IMG/VR virus record: IMGVR_UViG_3300027708_000025
Span: 1-64,000 of that record
Source: a virus
Strand: one strand, 5' to 3'
DNA length: 64,000 bases
Position numbers and translations under genes: made by a program. Under the pieces are notes generated by a model that saw nothing but the letters and a program-made list of their open reading frames with translations, ran no database searches and was not told the DNA's origin. Numbering within the stretch: the first letter of the stretch is position 1; each line of letters opens with the position of its first letter. Positions 53,807-63,186 of the stretch are shown piece by piece.

Positions 53807-53878
53807 AAAATCCGCCTCTGATAATTGCCGAAAACTTGGTTTACCATAAATATGTTGACACATTAGAAGGAGGTTGTC

Positions 53879-54619
53879 GTGGTAACAAAAAAAGTTATAG
53901 CAAAGCCAGCAACAAAAAAAGCAACACCTGTTAAAAAGGCACCAGTAAAAAGAACAGTTAAAAAAGTATCACCTGCACCAGCATCAGTAATTAGTGTTGA
54001 TGTGAGTGGTGCTACAAAATCCGCATCGTCAATGTTAGATAAAGCTATTGATCTAATTAAGTGGGTTGATACACCTTTTAAATTGTTTGAAGTAATCTTA
54101 CTTGCAAGTGTATTCTTTTTTGGATACTTTGCATGGGATAGTAGAACAGTTATTCTAAATGCAATTACTCAGTCAAGTAAAGTAACTAATCTCAAAGAAG
54201 TAAATCATCTTATTCCTGTTGCTGTTACTCTACAAAAAGATTTGGAGGCTGTATCTGTTGTAGTACACAAAGCAAGTTTAGTAGTTAATACAAGAACAAC
54301 AATGTTGGCCTTCGGTGCTAAAGGCAGAGACAACTCTTTAGACGGATTAATTTCTAGTTTGTTTAATAAAGATCCTGGCCGTAATGCCGCAATTATTGGT
54401 ATGCTTAACGGAGAGGTTATTTGCGATAAACTAGATGTAACTAGTAAGTCCTCAGAGTGGGAAGCCAAGCAAGGTGCTACATTTATTTGTCGTGGTGGTA
54501 TTCCTCCAGAGATTGGAGACTTTGATGGATATGTTGCAGTTGGTTTTAAAACAGAACCCGCAGACTTAAATGTAGTGAAAACTAGAATTAATCTAGCATC
54601 TTCTGAAATGTCACGATGA
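53879..54619 (+). CDS. Single-pass membrane protein, possible T4 gpT-like holin
   Basis: Basic N-terminus, one TM helix, C-terminal domain with two Cys; GGAGG RBS; CATAAATA upstream. Confidence 0.45.
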   Translation: MVTKKVIAKPATKKATPVKKAPVKRTVKKVSPAPASVISVDVSGATKSASSMLDKAIDLIKWVDTPFKLFEVILLASVFFFGYFAWDSRTVILNAITQSSKVTNLKEVNHLIPVAVTLQKDLEAVSVVVHKASLVVNTRTTMLAFGAKGRDNSLDGLISSLFNKDPGRNAAIIGMLNGEVICDKLDVTSKSSEWEAKQGATFICRGGIPPEIGDFDGYVAVGFKTEPADLNVVKTRINLASSEMSR

Positions 54620-54957
54620 AATGGATAATAGCATTTATATTATCATTTCTGAGTATATCAAGTTTAAGTGAACAATGTGATGATTGCATAGGCAATATTG
54701 TTGCTACAGATACCAACACCTGTTTGGTATCTAATTTTTATAAAATTGCATATTCAATACATGATCCCGGATTACGACATCAACAATTATCATCATGGTT
54801 AACAACAAATGGAAACAAGTGTGACAGTAAACAACTTGTTATAATTTGGAATCGTCTTGCCGAATGGGGTGGTGCATCCGACTCAGCAGAATTGCGAGGG
54901 AAACTTCTTTATTATTTTTCTAGGGCTGAGGAAAGAGAACGAAAAGAAAAATCATAA
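54616..54957 (+). CDS. Secreted Cys-containing protein
   Basis: Signal peptide; four Cys. Confidence 0.55.
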   Translation: MKWIIAFILSFLSISSLSEQCDDCIGNIVATDTNTCLVSNFYKIAYSIHDPGLRHQQLSSWLTTNGNKCDSKQLVIIWNRLAEWGGASDSAELRGKLLYYFSRAEERERKEKS

Positions 54958-55190
54958 TGGACGGAATAACATGGTTTCCGATAGTACCACCAAGTTACTC
55001 AAATGTAGATGGCATATTAGCCGATGTTCATGCGAAAAAAAATGAACAAAAGTGGGAAGAATACAATAAACAATTAATTGAAAAAATACATCTTAGAGAT
55101 TATTTGTATGATTTGTATTCAAAAAGATCACATGAGAATCACATACGCATGGAAATATACAATGTCAGCACTATAGATTTTTACGTTTAA
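54957..55190 (+). CDS. Hypothetical protein
   Basis: 77 aa, TAATG coupling. Confidence 0.55.
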   Translation: MDGITWFPIVPPSYSNVDGILADVHAKKNEQKWEEYNKQLIEKIHLRDYLYDLYSKRSHENHIRMEIYNVSTIDFYV

Positions 55191-55195
55191 TTAAA

Positions 55196-55969
55196 ATGGA
55201 TCCAATCACACTATTTGCCATGGCTAATGCCGCTGTGTCAGCGGTTAAAAAAGGATGCCAACTATACAAAGATATTAAAGGTGCGGCTGGTGATATTAAA
55301 GCAGTACTCAAAGATTTAGATGAACAATTTCATAACAATCATAAAGACAAGCCAGCAACAATTACGCAACGTAATGCTTACATAGGAGAAAAAAATCGTG
55401 TTATAGAATTAAACAAACGTGATGGTGAAACTGTTGGCATCTATACAGAAATTGGAAATCATCTTGGCACATACTATGATAACTTAAATAAATGCATGGC
55501 TATCTTTGCAGAAGAAGAACGTAGAAGTAAAGAGGAGTTATATGAAGGTGATGACAGTTTAGGTAAACGTGCGTTACAGCGTGTTCTGATGAAAAAACAA
55601 TTGGAACAAATGGGGACCGAATTACGTGAATTGATGGTGTATCAAAGCCCACCTGAGTTAGGTGCTTTGTATACTGAAGTAGAAGAGATGATGAAAGTTA
55701 TGGGTAAAGAACAAAAAATACTTATGACAATTAAGATGAGAGCAGAAGAAGTGCAATCAAAAAGAAGAGCCGCACAGATGAAACAGTTAAGGCAAGATGC
55801 TATAATAGGTCTGGTTATTTTAATAGTAATATTTACTATGGGCGCAATGTTTATGTGGGTTGCATACGATAGACAACAAAAATATCCTCAATACGGTGAT
55901 GAGTTATTTCCTAAGAGTGAACGTCAACGACAGCGAGAAAGAGAACCAAAGGTATATATAGGCAGATAA
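55196..55969 (+). CDS. Helical protein with C-terminal TM segment
   Basis: MDPITLFAMA...; coiled-coil-like body; TM near C-terminus. Confidence 0.65.
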   Translation: MDPITLFAMANAAVSAVKKGCQLYKDIKGAAGDIKAVLKDLDEQFHNNHKDKPATITQRNAYIGEKNRVIELNKRDGETVGIYTEIGNHLGTYYDNLNKCMAIFAEEERRSKEELYEGDDSLGKRALQRVLMKKQLEQMGTELRELMVYQSPPELGALYTEVEEMMKVMGKEQKILMTIKMRAEEVQSKRRAAQMKQLRQDAIIGLVILIVIFTMGAMFMWVAYDRQQKYPQYGDELFPKSERQRQREREPKVYIGR

Positions 55970-55977
55970 CAGCGCAT

Positions 55978-56280
55978 TTATTTTGGCGCTGGTTTTCTTC
56001 TCTTAGGTGCAGTAACTGCTTTAGCAGGCTGTTGCTTTTGCCTATTGGGTTTAGCAATAGCCGCAGGAGGATTCTTAGTCCATGCTTGTTCTTTTGCTGG
56101 CGCAGATGTTGCTTCTGCTACTGGTGTTGTGGCTGGTGTAACTTGAACCGTAGCAGTTATTGACTCTGTAGTTTCTTTGATGTTTTTAACTGCAACATCT
56201 ACCACAGTCAAAGGAACTTCTTGAGTTGCCTCTACTGCTGGTTTGCTATTTGTGAAAAATTCTTTAATTTTTTTAAACAT
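55978..56280 (-). CDS. Low-complexity Ala/Thr/Lys-rich protein
   Basis: 100 aa, downstream of endolysin. Confidence 0.55.
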   Translation of the reverse strand: MFKKIKEFFTNSKPAVEATQEVPLTVVDVAVKNIKETTESITATVQVTPATTPVAEATSAPAKEQAWTKNPPAAIAKPNRQKQQPAKAVTAPKRRKPAPK

Positions 56281-56293
56281 GATTATCGCCCTT

Positions 56294-56914
56294 TTAAGTT
56301 AAAATTTCAATCGCATGATTGTAATGATTGATTCTGTCTTCTAAGCCAATGAACCCACCATTGATTCGTTTTGTCATTGTCTTCATATCTCCAATATCTG
56401 CTAGTTCATTTAGTCTAGCGGCAGACCAAAACCAACAAGCAGAGTGAGTAGCATACTCTGTTTCAAGTAACAAATCAGGATTCTCAACTAACACATTGCT
56501 TTCAAACAATGATTGCGAACACTTAGTGTAATTGTTCTTTCCTGTAATCTGTACAATGCCTCTACCACGAAAGTACCAACCTTCTCCAGATGCTTCATCT
56601 CCATTGCCCATACGATTAGCATATACACGATTAGCAATCATTTCTGGTCTACGTTCATATAACTTTGCTTGGGCTTCAGTAGGAAAGTATTTCTTAAATG
56701 TGCCAACTAAACCTTTAGCAGAGTAATTCAAATTCTCTTGCATCAAAGTAAAGCCACCAGACTCATGTCCACATTGTGCCATGAATGCCGCAACTCTATG
56801 CGGTGTATCTATATCGTATTCTGGCAATATATTCAGTAAATTATTATACCATTCGTCAAAGTTTTTTACTTTAGGTATCAACTGTCTTACTGCATCTTCC
56901 GTAAAAAAGTCCAT
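56294..56914 (-). CDS. GH19 (chitinase-like) endolysin
   Basis: AAFMAQCGHESGGF, ENLNYS, FRGRGIVQITGKNNY, TKRINGG. Confidence 0.92.
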   Translation of the reverse strand: MDFFTEDAVRQLIPKVKNFDEWYNNLLNILPEYDIDTPHRVAAFMAQCGHESGGFTLMQENLNYSAKGLVGTFKKYFPTEAQAKLYERRPEMIANRVYANRMGNGDEASGEGWYFRGRGIVQITGKNNYTKCSQSLFESNVLVENPDLLLETEYATHSACWFWSAARLNELADIGDMKTMTKRINGGFIGLEDRINHYNHAIEILT

Positions 56915-56955
56915 TGCTATCTCCTATGATTATCATAGGAGTATTTAGCATAGAA

Positions 56956-57627
56956 TTAATCCCAAAGTGCTTGATAGTATTTGCCGAATAGTTTAAAGCC
57001 ATTTTGAATACGATCTTCAACAACTTTCATACCTTCATAATCACACTTGTATGTGTGATTCGGACCATCTTCTAATTTGAACATTTTAGCTTTGCCGTTT
57101 TCATACCACTCACAAGCAACTGATTTATGATCCATAACACCGCTACGATATGCTTCTTCCCACTCTTTATTGATGTGATGTTCAAAAGCAAAAATCATTT
57201 CATCCATGACCCAATCCCAACGCTTGAAATGATTATCATCGGTGTCCCATTCATTTTCTTTTGTTGGTGCTGAAGTAGACTTTAATTCTTCTGGCACATC
57301 TTCATCATCAACAAAAGGCGCACCATGCTTTTTATCTTTCAACTGTTTCAACATAGGCAAAGCAATTTGACCGAGAGTGTGATCCATAGACCAAGTATCC
57401 CAATAGTCAATCTTCACATAGTCAATCTTAGGATCAAAAAAATCTGCAACTTTTGCCATAACTTTACAGATAGGATCTAAACGATTAACCCACTTTTCGT
57501 AAGGTGCATCAGGTTTATCTTCAAGATTGTAAAAGATGCTATCATCTTTTTCCCAAAAGCAAACAAACTTTAGAATGTGATATGGGGAAAGCCAATGATG
57601 CTTGTAATTGTTGATGTATACTTTCAT
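56956..57627 (-). CDS. Conserved phage hypothetical protein
   Basis: DTWSMDHTL...HGAP...WDWVMDEMIFAF...GFKLFGKYYQALWD. Confidence 0.75.
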   Translation of the reverse strand: MKVYINNYKHHWLSPYHILKFVCFWEKDDSIFYNLEDKPDAPYEKWVNRLDPICKVMAKVADFFDPKIDYVKIDYWDTWSMDHTLGQIALPMLKQLKDKKHGAPFVDDEDVPEELKSTSAPTKENEWDTDDNHFKRWDWVMDEMIFAFEHHINKEWEEAYRSGVMDHKSVACEWYENGKAKMFKLEDGPNHTYKCDYEGMKVVEDRIQNGFKLFGKYYQALWD

Positions 57628-57947
57628 GCTATAGTTGATTTTCTAGTGTAAATGTATGGATGCGGGTTAGGACGATCACGAATTGTTTCGCCAGATATAA
57701 ATGGATCATCATTATGTAGTTGCCCAAATTCTTTCTCCATATAATATCTTCCCATTGCTTTAATACATTGATCCATCAAACTATTAGAACCAGATGAATC
57801 ATCTTCTGCCCAAAAACAAATTGGCGATCTACCCCAAGTCCGATACTGCATTACATCATGGAAAATCTTTCTATGTTTTTTGTTGCCAGGGTCAAACGTT
57901 TCATGCGGTCTGCCGAATTGTTGAATCTTGCTCATTGCTACTTTCAC
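57624..57947 (-). CDS. Hypothetical protein
   Basis: 107-aa ORF. Confidence 0.6.
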   Translation of the reverse strand: MKVAMSKIQQFGRPHETFDPGNKKHRKIFHDVMQYRTWGRSPICFWAEDDSSGSNSLMDQCIKAMGRYYMEKEFGQLHNDDPFISGETIRDRPNPHPYIYTRKSTIA

Positions 57948-58057
57948 TTTCTATCATAATTAAAAGACGTTTTGATTCTCTACTAATCTCAGAGGTTACT
58001 GCCCATCCAAATCCTTCGGGATGCAATAACTCTTTTAGAAAATGTACAACTTCATTT

Positions 58058-58291
58058 TCAGTTTTCGTTTTCATTCGTCACCTTCACAAATTGACTAGAG
58101 ACTGCATAGTCTTCAGGCAATCTTTCTACGATCTTTGTAAAATCATATGAACTTGGATAATGCCTTAGAACACCATATGCACGTTGACGAATGTACTTTG
58201 GAACTTTAGGCGTTATTTTGGGGTTCAACAAATCTAAAAGCATTTGATGCCCACATCGTAACGCACGATATCTTTCATCAGGTAGCGTCAT
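58058..58291 (-). CDS. Conserved phage hypothetical protein
   Basis: MTLPDERYRAL...TPKVPKYIRQRA..LRHYP. Confidence 0.7.
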   Translation of the reverse strand: MTLPDERYRALRCGHQMLLDLLNPKITPKVPKYIRQRAYGVLRHYPSSYDFTKIVERLPEDYAVSSQFVKVTNENEN

Positions 58292-58763
58292 AATTATTCT
58301 CCCGAATATGTTCTTCCATTGTTGTGAAAAACGTTTTAACTTTCAATTCATCATTCCATACTCTTGCGTAGTCATTGTCTTTATCGCACAATGCAAGTGC
58401 TTCTTCTTTAGTCACGACACGATGTGACACGATAGTTTCGCCTAAGTGTTCTTGCGAAAATTCTTTGGCTTCTTCTAGTGTAACTGTATCAAGTGCCCAA
58501 TCTGTTTTGTCTTTACCGTATTGGTCTGTGCCAACAGGTACTTCTACCATGTATCGTTGACGAAACATAGATACAGTTTCAACAAGCACCCATTGTGTTT
58601 CAATTTTCTTCATAGTCCAACTTCCATCTTTATTGTCAATCCATTCAAGACTATCACCAGTTTGCCAACCAGTTCCTTCTAGTATATCATCATTCAATGG
58701 AAGAATCAAGTCACCTGTCTCAGGATCTTCTTGCAATTCTATAGTCCAAGTTTTGTTTTCCAT
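58278..58763 (-). CDS. AbrB/SpoVT-like domain protein
   Basis: DPETGDLILPL...GWQTGDSLEWIDNKDGSW. Confidence 0.6.
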   Translation of the reverse strand: MENKTWTIELQEDPETGDLILPLNDDILEGTGWQTGDSLEWIDNKDGSWTMKKIETQWVLVETVSMFRQRYMVEVPVGTDQYGKDKTDWALDTVTLEEAKEFSQEHLGETIVSHRVVTKEEALALCDKDNDYARVWNDELKVKTFFTTMEEHIRENNYDAT

Positions 58764-58788
58764 GTTTACTCCTTAAACGAATACATTC

Positions 58789-58817
58789 ATTATAACTCAA
58801 GTTTTATGGAAAGTCAA
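58789..58817 (-). promoter_or_regulatory. Sigma70-type promoter
   Basis: TTGACT-17-TATAAT. Confidence 0.65.
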
Positions 58818-59107
58818 ACGGTAAGCATCCTCACTAGTCCTATGGTATCAATTGTAGTCAACAGTAGATAGTTAGCCAACATGCCAAAAGATTTCCTAGT
58901 CCAAGAAGCCCAAGCATACAAAGCACAGCCAGTGATCCAAACGGGATAAAGAGCAAGAAGCGGAGGGTTTGGGACTGTGATTGCCATAGTAATACTGCAA
59001 CCAACACTAATAGCCCAAGCAAGCAACTCAATAAAAAAGCGAATCCTGTTAGACTTAAAGTCATCTTTTATCCATTCTATAGTAGGGCGAAACAAATCAA
59101 TAATCAT
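58814..59107 (-). CDS. Small multi-pass membrane protein
   Basis: Three hydrophobic segments. Confidence 0.65.
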   Translation of the reverse strand: MIIDLFRPTIEWIKDDFKSNRIRFFIELLAWAISVGCSITMAITVPNPPLLALYPVWITGCALYAWASWTRKSFGMLANYLLLTTIDTIGLVRMLTV

Positions 59108-59111
59108 AAAA

Positions 59112-59930
59112 CTAATCCAAGTTAAACAAATCAGGATGCGTCTTTGCAAAATACAATCTTAATAAATTCCAATGTTCAAAAAGTTCTTGTGATTGTCGTT
59201 CGACAATCATGCGCTTGATACCATACAATGATTCTAATACTTTGCTAAAATCATTAATTTGATTTTGATACACGCTATAATCGTATGGCTGACTATAGAC
59301 TTTATATTCTTTCATTTGAAGAAACGTAGAGAATAGTCGTTCAACAATAAACGGAAACATATTCAGATTTGGGTCTCTGCTATAGTTTGCGCTACCATGA
59401 TAAATTTCTGCATCTTCACCAGTTAATTCTTCAAGATGTTTTTTAATATCTTTTAAGAATGCAATGTATTCTATCCAAAATGCTTTTGTTGCAACAAAGT
59501 AACTGCAATAGCAAGTTGAATCTGTCATTACATTATCAAGTGCATTGGTATCATAGCCACCGGCAATAAATGCAGAACGAACAACTTGTTTAATTCCTGG
59601 ATGAAAATAATCACCTTGTTCCCACACGTTCGCAGTTAGTGCATTCTGTACTCTAGCATGATTGAAAATGTAAACATCAAATCCTTCATTTTCATCAATA
59701 GCATCTTTGATTACGTTAGCTTCATAACGCATCTTGCTTTGCCACCGAGGACCAAACACACCCCATGCGTCTAAGTCATCTGCAAAGCCTTCGTCAATGA
59801 TACGATTGAACGAATGAAACTCACGCAACTCTGGATGTTCATTTGAAGTATTATCAAATGGTGTTAACAAAGAATCAACTAAAGCAATCTGTCTGTCTTC
59901 AAAACAAATCTGAAAAATCTTATAGTTCAA
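59112..59930 (-). CDS. Glycosyltransferase-like hypothetical protein
   Basis: IFQI..PFDNTSN..LRE, YCSYFVA, PFIVERLFS. Confidence 0.55.
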   Translation of the reverse strand: MNYKIFQICFEDRQIALVDSLLTPFDNTSNEHPELREFHSFNRIIDEGFADDLDAWGVFGPRWQSKMRYEANVIKDAIDENEGFDVYIFNHARVQNALTANVWEQGDYFHPGIKQVVRSAFIAGGYDTNALDNVMTDSTCYCSYFVATKAFWIEYIAFLKDIKKHLEELTGEDAEIYHGSANYSRDPNLNMFPFIVERLFSTFLQMKEYKVYSQPYDYSVYQNQINDFSKVLESLYGIKRMIVERQSQELFEHWNLLRLYFAKTHPDLFNLD

Positions 59931-60637
59931 TCTGATACCCTCGCTCCATTTGGCGCAATGTTTCCTTCTACACCAAGTTTACCAATGTTCTCAATCAGTA
60001 TGGGATCAAGATGATGAAACAATAAATGTTCAATATCAATATACCCCTTTGCGTTCAATCGCTCTGTCATATGATTAAACATGTCAGTATAAAGGTCTCT
60101 AACGTATGGAAGCAAGAATGCATCAAAACTCCACAAACGACTCATATATTGTAGTGATACACCACCTGTGATTTCTTGTCTGAATTGACTTGTGAATGGA
60201 CCACGAACAATAATTTTATCTACCGCTTGCATGTGTTTATCATAATTGAAATCATCATTCAATATATAACGCCCACTCATCTTAAAGATACGTTTATACT
60301 TTTCACGCCAACCATCGTCAATAGCTTTATCAAAGAAAGAACCATACATAATAATTTCAATCATGTTCTTAACAATGTCGTGATTAGGAACTTGTTGAAG
60401 TTGTTGAATGTTTTCAGCATCAGAAAAAGTATAAAATCTATCAATGTATTGTGATAGTATCTCACGTTCTTTTTCTGTGATATCTTCATAGCCACCATCT
60501 AGTACAATGATATCTGCATCACATTTGTTTCTAATAGACTTACATGTTTCAATAGTTTGTTCAAGTCTTGTTTGAGTATCATACACACCATGCTTTGCAT
60601 GAATTGCTGACGATACTAAAAATACACCATCACTCAT
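59927..60637 (-). CDS. Glycosyltransferase-like hypothetical protein
   Basis: RLEQTIET..SIR, IFKMSGRY.L, DIEH. Confidence 0.55.
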   Translation of the reverse strand: MSDGVFLVSSAIHAKHGVYDTQTRLEQTIETCKSIRNKCDADIIVLDGGYEDITEKEREILSQYIDRFYTFSDAENIQQLQQVPNHDIVKNMIEIIMYGSFFDKAIDDGWREKYKRIFKMSGRYILNDDFNYDKHMQAVDKIIVRGPFTSQFRQEITGGVSLQYMSRLWSFDAFLLPYVRDLYTDMFNHMTERLNAKGYIDIEHLLFHHLDPILIENIGKLGVEGNIAPNGARVSD

Positions 60638-61286
60638 TTGTCTTCCTCACTTTTTTAACGGGCGCCTTCTTAGGCACAGGTTTGGCTCTAGGCTTTTTAG
60701 GCGCAGATGCTTTCATTATATCTTCACCACGTTTATTTAAACGTTTGAATACTTCTTCGGGATCCATCCAAATGTCTTTATTCTCTAACATGGATTTGAT
60801 TTCATCGTCTGTTAAGAATCCAGAATAGACACTTCGCATGAATTTATCTGACCACTTGCGTTCATACATGATATTATCATACATTTCACCACCCTTGCCG
60901 ATAGTGCCACCAGAGTAATTGTGAAACATGAACATGGAGTTTTCTGATATTTCAAAACCATCTGCGGCTAAGAATATCATTGTTGCGGCTGACATACATG
61001 CACCTTCTACTGATGCAATGATGTTTGCTTGAGACTCTGCCATAACACGCATCAACTGCACAGCAGTAAATAAATTACCACCAGGAGAATTGATGTGAAT
61101 TTTAATTATGTCAGTTTCATTTGCGTTTCTAATAACTTCAAACCACTCTACGTATTCATTAGGCGAATTTAATTCGCCACACAAATATAGTGTGTGTAAT
61201 TGTCCAATTATTTTTGGTTGTCTAGGTTTTTTGTCATCATCTAGACCAAACAACGAACTAAGTTTTTCTTCTTCCATGATTATCAC
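60630..61286 (-). CDS. clpP: ClpP-like serine protease
   Basis: HINSPGG, CMSAATMIFL, FMFHNYSG. Confidence 0.88.
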   Translation of the reverse strand: MIIMEEEKLSSLFGLDDDKKPRQPKIIGQLHTLYLCGELNSPNEYVEWFEVIRNANETDIIKIHINSPGGNLFTAVQLMRVMAESQANIIASVEGACMSAATMIFLAADGFEISENSMFMFHNYSGGTIGKGGEMYDNIMYERKWSDKFMRSVYSGFLTDDEIKSMLENKDIWMDPEEVFKRLNKRGEDIMKASAPKKPRAKPVPKKAPVKKVRKTNE

Positions 61287-61303
61287 TTTCTATTATAATA
61301 TAG

Positions 61304-61332
61304 AGTATACTCTACTTTGTTTCGGATGTCAA
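61304..61332 (-). promoter_or_regulatory. Sigma70-type promoter for clpP
   Basis: TTGACA-17-TATACT. Confidence 0.65.
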
Positions 61333-61881
61333 CTTGTCAACCCCATATTTGCATAACCAATATGCATCAATTAAGTCGGAAGAAGGATTCCATTGCTTCT
61401 CAGTCATATGTAGTTCGTCTTTTAAACGAATGTCATTAAATTCCTCAAAGACTTCTTGCATTCGTTCTTTATTTGCATTACCTTTACCAGTAGCATATTT
61501 CTTAAGTACTGTTGGTGGTATCTCTGTACACTCTACGGCAAACAACCATAGTCTGTATTTTAGAATACCAGCATTCTCGGCAATGTTAAACACTCTGCCT
61601 TTTGATCCCATGGAATAACCTTCTAGGAATACATGGCAGTCTTTATCTGTTTCTAACAATCTGTCAATGAAGAAATTTGAAATACCATCGTATCGCAATA
61701 CGTCAGTCATTCCTTCGTGGTCAAAAAATCTACCTGTTATATTTTTAAATTGCACATCGTATTTTCTAGATTGAGTCAGAAAATAAAAATGACACTTTTC
61801 AAAACTAAACTCACCATCTTCATCATCAAATACACACATTGCAGGACATGTTAGAGAATAATCTACTCCTGCGATAATCAT
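61312..61881 (-). CDS. RuvC-like endonuclease
   Basis: GVDYSLTCPA, LEGYSMGS, KKYATGKGNANK, DLIDAY. Confidence 0.85.
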   Translation of the reverse strand: MIIAGVDYSLTCPAMCVFDDEDGEFSFEKCHFYFLTQSRKYDVQFKNITGRFFDHEGMTDVLRYDGISNFFIDRLLETDKDCHVFLEGYSMGSKGRVFNIAENAGILKYRLWLFAVECTEIPPTVLKKYATGKGNANKERMQEVFEEFNDIRLKDELHMTEKQWNPSSDLIDAYWLCKYGVDKLTSETK

Positions 61882-62090
61882 CTATCGTCTTCCGAGGACC
61901 ATTCATCATCTTCTATTAATTTGTCCCAATCCTCATCTGTCCAATCTTCGTCTTTTTCTGAAATTGTTTCTTCGGTTATTGTTGAACCGCAGTATGCACA
62001 ATTTGTTGGTGTTGTTTTATCTCCGCCTACTAATGGAGTTACTGAATATTCAGCCTCGCATGTGTCGCAGAATACGTTATATGTTGTCAT
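61878..62090 (-). CDS. Small zinc-ribbon protein with acidic tail
   Basis: CDTC...CAYCG. Confidence 0.7.
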   Translation of the reverse strand: MTTYNVFCDTCEAEYSVTPLVGGDKTTPTNCAYCGSTITEETISEKDEDWTDEDWDKLIEDDEWSSEDDR

Positions 62091-62098
62091 TTTTCTCC

Positions 62099-62722
62099 TT
62101 ATTCGTACATTACCGTACTTGTGCTTCCAAGTGCCCATTTTGCGTCAGTCTCTACAGACCAACGCTTTGTTGCTACTTTGAAATCAGGAACTTTTAATTC
62201 CTTGGGGTTGCTACTAGGTTCTAAAATCAGCATTCTATTGTTCGGCTGTGCCGCAAACTGACCATTGTCACATTTAATAAAGTTATAAGATTTATGGTCT
62301 TCAATATCTTCGCTGAATCCCGTATCTAGTATATTGAAATCTGGATGTGCAGAATCGACAGTAAACAAGTACTCGCCGTATCTCCAGTCACCAGCCTTAC
62401 TTTTAAATTTACATTTTTGAGATTGCAACTGCGCTTTTTTAATTACAGTAATGTCATATGATAAACAATCCCACAATTGTAAATGATCTAAAGGCATTTC
62501 TTCTGTTATTTTTTTCCAACAGAATGCGTGTAAAGGCAACTTGTCGTATAGTGCGCCGTATTCATTTAAATATGCTTCTATACGAAATGCTTGTCCCCTC
62601 AAACTCTTTATACTTATCCACCAGCAAGGAACTAATTCTCCGTGACCTTTTTCAAAGTCATAGAGAAATTCTTTGCGTACAAAGCATTTAACTGCGGGAA
62701 GATTTGCTACTATGTGTGCCAT
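62099..62722 (-). CDS. Conserved phage hypothetical protein
   Basis: GALYDKLPLHAF, LQLWDC, EDHKS, NGQFAAQPNNR. Confidence 0.75.
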   Translation of the reverse strand: MAHIVANLPAVKCFVRKEFLYDFEKGHGELVPCWWISIKSLRGQAFRIEAYLNEYGALYDKLPLHAFCWKKITEEMPLDHLQLWDCLSYDITVIKKAQLQSQKCKFKSKAGDWRYGEYLFTVDSAHPDFNILDTGFSEDIEDHKSYNFIKCDNGQFAAQPNNRMLILEPSSNPKELKVPDFKVATKRWSVETDAKWALGSTSTVMYE

Positions 62723-62725
62723 GTT

Positions 62726-62875
62726 TTACCAATGCCTTATAACGCCTGCTATAATAAACAGGTTCGTTATTATATAGCAAAACACAATACATGTTCTGAT
62801 GATTGCAACTTTGTCCGACTCTTTGTCACATGTACTAGATTTGTGTCCTAGTGCTTTTGCCCACAGCCGCCACAT
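62726..62875 (-). CDS. Small membrane protein, 49 aa
   Basis: Hand-translated MWRLWAKALG...ITNLFIIAGVIRHW. Confidence 0.65.
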   Translation of the reverse strand: MWRLWAKALGHKSSTCDKESDKVAIIRTCIVFCYIITNLFIIAGVIRHW

Positions 62876-62877
62876 GG

Positions 62878-63174
62878 TTATTGAGTGCAAGTTCTTTCAC
62901 GATAGATTCTTCCATCGGATTGTTGAATTTCTTTCCAATCAGTACACACTTGAGGTGACTGTTGAATTATAACAGGCTGTTGCTGAACATATATTGGTTG
63001 CTGTTGAACATATATGGGTTGTTGTCGTGCGATTTCGTACCCAATGACACCACCTATAATTGTAGGTCCAATCCAACTGTATGGTCTAAGTCCATAACCG
63101 TGATGATAACCATGGTGCTGTGCAAATGATGAAGCAGACACCATTAACAAAAATACAGTTAATATTTTTTTCAT
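62878..63174 (-). CDS. Secreted Gln/Pro-repeat protein
   Basis: Signal peptide; QQPIYV repeats. Confidence 0.65.
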   Translation of the reverse strand: MKKILTVFLLMVSASSFAQHHGYHHGYGLRPYSWIGPTIIGGVIGYEIARQQPIYVQQQPIYVQQQPVIIQQSPQVCTDWKEIQQSDGRIYRERTCTQ

Positions 63175-63186
63175 TTGTTAATCCTT

